64,000 nt of DNA from Octopus vulgaris (lineage: Eukaryota), in assembly GCA_951406725.2 (NCBI GenBank), contig OX597814.1:175832001-175896000 (forward strand), given 5' to 3'. A program made the position numbers and the translations under genes. Below, piece after piece: positions 60,028 to 64,000 of this stretch (the first letter of the stretch is position 1; the number at the start of each line of letters is the position of its first letter). The notes below the pieces were generated by a model. That model made no database searches. It was given only the letters and a program-made list of their open reading frames with translations, and was not told the DNA's origin.

Positions 60028-60058
<31 letters not shown>

Positions 60059-60116
60059 GTATGTATGTATGTATGTATGTATGTATGTATGTATATATGT
60101 TTCCCTGTACAACATG

Positions 60117-60147
<31 letters not shown>

Positions 60148-60296
60148 TGTATGTATGTATGTATGTATGTATGTATGTATGTATGTATGTATGTATGTAT
60201 GTATGTATGTATGTATGTATGTATGTATGTTATGTATATATAAACATGTATGTATATGTATGCATGCATGCATGCATGCATGCATGCATGCATGCC
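59880..60296. repeat. (TATG)n with terminal (ATGC)n
   Basis: Directly visible. Confidence 0.97.
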
Positions 60297-60536
60297 TACC
60301 TCATGGATATGGATATATACATGATATATACAATTGTGTACAAGAGTATGTGTGAATACTGTAAGTATATGAATACATTTTACTATTTATATATGTTTCC
60401 CTGTACAACATTATATGCATTATAAGCAATGTAATATACACTCATTATATCATATTATATTATATTACATTATATTATATCATGTTTTATGTATATATAA
60501 ACATTATATATACACATGCCCACCCACACATCCTAC

Positions 60537-60579
<43 letters not shown>

Positions 60580-61029
60580 CATACATACATACATACATAC
60601 ATACATACATACATACATAAAGGAGAGTAAAGTAAAATCTGAAGACGTACCAGACTAATAAAATTAATTTATTAAAAAATACTAACTGATCATATTACCT
60701 GTTGAGAAAGATGTAGGTTCGTCAATAATTAAATGAGTTTATGTGTAGGTGCTAAAAATTTAATTATGTTCAGTCTCGCTCTGCATATATACATACATAT
60801 ATACAATATACATGCATATGTACTGTGAATGTGTGTATTTATGTAGTATGTATTGATTTGTTTATTGAGGAGGAAATGGTAAATTACAAAACTCAATATG
60901 TAAATGTAATCTTTAACGCAATAGAACTGAAAGGCTCATAATTGTCACCAGTATTTTGAGTTCCACGTTTCCGCTCTTTCAGCTGATAAACTGATCCTGG
61001 TTTCTCTTGACTTATATGCTCTTTCAATA

Positions 61030-61238
61030 CGAGGGGATGCTGAAAAGTTCCTGTTTTAAGGGAATCACGAAAGGCCTGGTTGGAGGCCAAAATCTCTGAG
61101 TTCTTTTACAGGGCTTAGAAAAATTGGAGGACCGCTGCAATACGTGTGTGAATTTGAGAGGGGAATATGTTGAATAATATCATAATTAAACTGATTTACA
61201 TCTATTTTCTTTTACCAGAAACGTTTCAGCAGCCCTAC
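61030..61238 (+). mobile_element. Mariner-derived MITE
   Basis: Imperfect TIRs gaggggatgctgaaaagttcctg / cagaaacgtttcagcagccct; retains transposase end GLEKLEDRCNTCVNLRGEYVE*. Confidence 0.8.
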
Positions 61239-61284
61239 ATATATGTTTTAAAATATTACACGAAAGCGGAAAAGTTTTTCTATG

Positions 61285-61580
61285 ATAGCTTCGGATCGAC
61301 CAATGCATTGAGAGTAAAATTGTTAGACGGAAACCGTGTGGAAGACTGTCGTATGTGTGTGGGTGTATGTCTATGTTTGTCCTCTCCATTGTTTGACAAC
61401 TGATATTGGTCTGTTTTTGTGTCTATAACTTAAAGGTTCGGCAAAGTGACCGATAGAATAAGGGCCAGACTTTAAAAGAAGGTACTGGGGTTGATCTTTA
61501 CGGCTAAAATATTTCAAGGCGATGCTCCAGTTTAACCGCAATCCAATGACTGAAACAAATAGAAAAGGGGAAAAAATAAA
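61285..61580 (+). mobile_element. SINE family A, degenerate, headless
   Basis: agacggaaac...ttgacaactg...ggttcggcaaa..gaccgatagaataag...gatgctccag...aatgactgaaac. Confidence 0.75.
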
Positions 61581-61962
61581 AGAACGAGGCATGAAAAGCT
61601 ACTGATCCAGGCTCATCTTTCATTTCATTTCTGGCTTTCATAAGAATACCCCAAGCAACTCCCTTTTGAGTGGACAGAAGCAAAGTGAAATAAGCTGAGT
61701 TGCTCAAGGACATAACACACCGCCTAAAATCGAAATCACGGCCTTACGATAATGAGCCGAACACCCTAAAAATTAAGTCACGTGCCTCCACAACTGGTCA
61801 GATGCGTGCATTTTGACAACAAAGATGAATAAGTGTGTATTAAATACTTTACAAGGTAGATTCTTTATTCGTGTGCCTTTCATTTCTGTAAATTACCTAC
61901 GCCAAATATTTGTTCTCCTTTTTGAAAATATCTAAGAATCCCGACTGAAGTAAGGCAATAAA

Positions 61963-62013
61963 ACTGCTGTGCTGATGAGGCCTATTGAGGTAGAAACATG
62001 TATATACAGCAGT
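61963..62013 (+). ncRNA. Type I hammerhead ribozyme (slightly degenerate)
   Basis: ACTGCTGTG-CTGATGA-gGCCT attg AGGTa-GAAA-CATG-TA-ta-TACAGCAGT. 9-bp stem I, palindromic ACATGT stem III. Confidence 0.72.
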
Positions 62014-63189
62014 CTAATTGTCACCAAGCAATCAGGCAATCTGATTGTCTTTGATTCTTGAAATTATCTCCTCTTCACATTTGGAGTTGGTCCCAATTGC
62101 CACTAAACTATTAATTTGCTAATCTGGGAGCGGTGATAGTTTCATTGTATCAAGAATGTACCTTATGTACTTTTAAAATACCTTTGTTTGTTTTTGTTTT
62201 ATACATACACAGGTGTGTATGTGTGTAAGTATGCATGCATTTATAGTTATGTGCTTTCTTGTGTGTGCGTGTGTGCATGTGTGTAAGTGATTGTTAGTGT
62301 GTGTGTTTGCGCGTGCATGTGTAGGTGTGCAATGTGATGACATTTCTTCGCTTCCCACGTTAAAGATAACGGAAGCGACAGAACAAACTTATCCGTTTTA
62401 TTATCTTCCTTAGCTTTCTTGATCCATGTTCAACTCACTTTCTTTTCTCTTTAATATACTAAGTGCGTTTATCAATCAACTAACCAATCCATTAATCACC
62501 CAATCATTTGTGAAAAAAAAGCTAACAAGGTTTTCAAGAAACTAGGAGCGGGCCACGTCGACAAAAAAACTAAAACAAAACAAACCAAAAGCAAAAACAA
62601 AATAATAAACTATCCAACAAGGTTTTCAATGGGAGAGTTTACGAAAAAAACAAAAGACGAAGATAGATGGTGTACAAAACAAGCAGATGTATCAGTATAA
62701 CGCTCAGGAATGGAAAAAGTATTTTACATTTCGAGCTTACGCTCTTCTACAGAAAGGGACACAGAAAAAAAAGAGACAGAAAAAAAGGTTTTCAAACCAG
62801 AATAGGAATTTCTGCGCAAATGTTTCATAGCTATTTGTTTATCTGGTACTCTTTAGATGCTCCGTTGTGGTATTGGAATGCAGGTCGTGTTGAATCAGAC
62901 TTTATTTCTCAATTTAAGTTGCTATTGAAATGAATTTTAGGTCCCCATGAATCTGTTAAATCACAATTTGAGACATAATGGTTTACTCAGTTGCTCGAAC
63001 TGCAGGAAATAACATCTTAATCTTCATCAAGTAGAAGTTTGTGATTTTTACAAAATAGGGATACATTAGATAATAGAGATTTCTGCATGAAAATAGATGT
63101 TTAGTCCTGATCTCCCTGCCCAAAACGTCAGTATTCATCTACGTTTATATGTATTCATTATGTATGTATGTATGTATTATATCTATTTA

Positions 63190-63807
<618 letters not shown>

Positions 63808-64000
63808 GAAAGAGATTTGAGTCTGTCACACTATTCATATATTCATGTGCATATATATATATATATTTTCCTCTTTTTTGTCTCTCTCCAGAGCCATCAT
63901 CCCTCATATTAACATTTTCTTCAGATTAGCTACTACCTACCGAGCCTTCACAAAAATAAAGGTGAGAGAGACAGAAAAAAGGAACATGTCCTACCTATTT

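Overview
Eukaryotic, AT-rich, repeat-saturated non-coding DNA with one 100-N gap. The SINE/LINE/Penelope/mariner repertoire and kb-scale (TA)n, (TATG)n and (CTAT)n arrays look like an octopus/cephalopod genome (inference from recognition, not verified). Nearly all long ORFs in the track are microsatellite artefacts, and no intact host gene is visible; there is only a 41-nt candidate micro-exon at 46841-46881. Real coding remnants are all transposon-derived: two 5'-truncated CR1/L2-group LINEs, a Penelope-like element, a full-length frameshifted mariner, other Tc1/mariner pieces, a Helitron Pif1 fragment, and RTE, Tx1 and R4-like scraps. The main hidden signal is a dense set of hammerhead-ribozyme (HHR) motifs in short elements embedded in (TA)n. 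These include minimal type I HHRs with palindromic stem III, a tandem two-HHR unit of 498-bp period, and a family with a compensatory U3-A8 core. Most notable is a HHR whose three strands are in a non-circularly-permuted, pseudoknotted order (23594-23667), with two diverged candidates of the same topology at 41233-41288 and 55656-55711.
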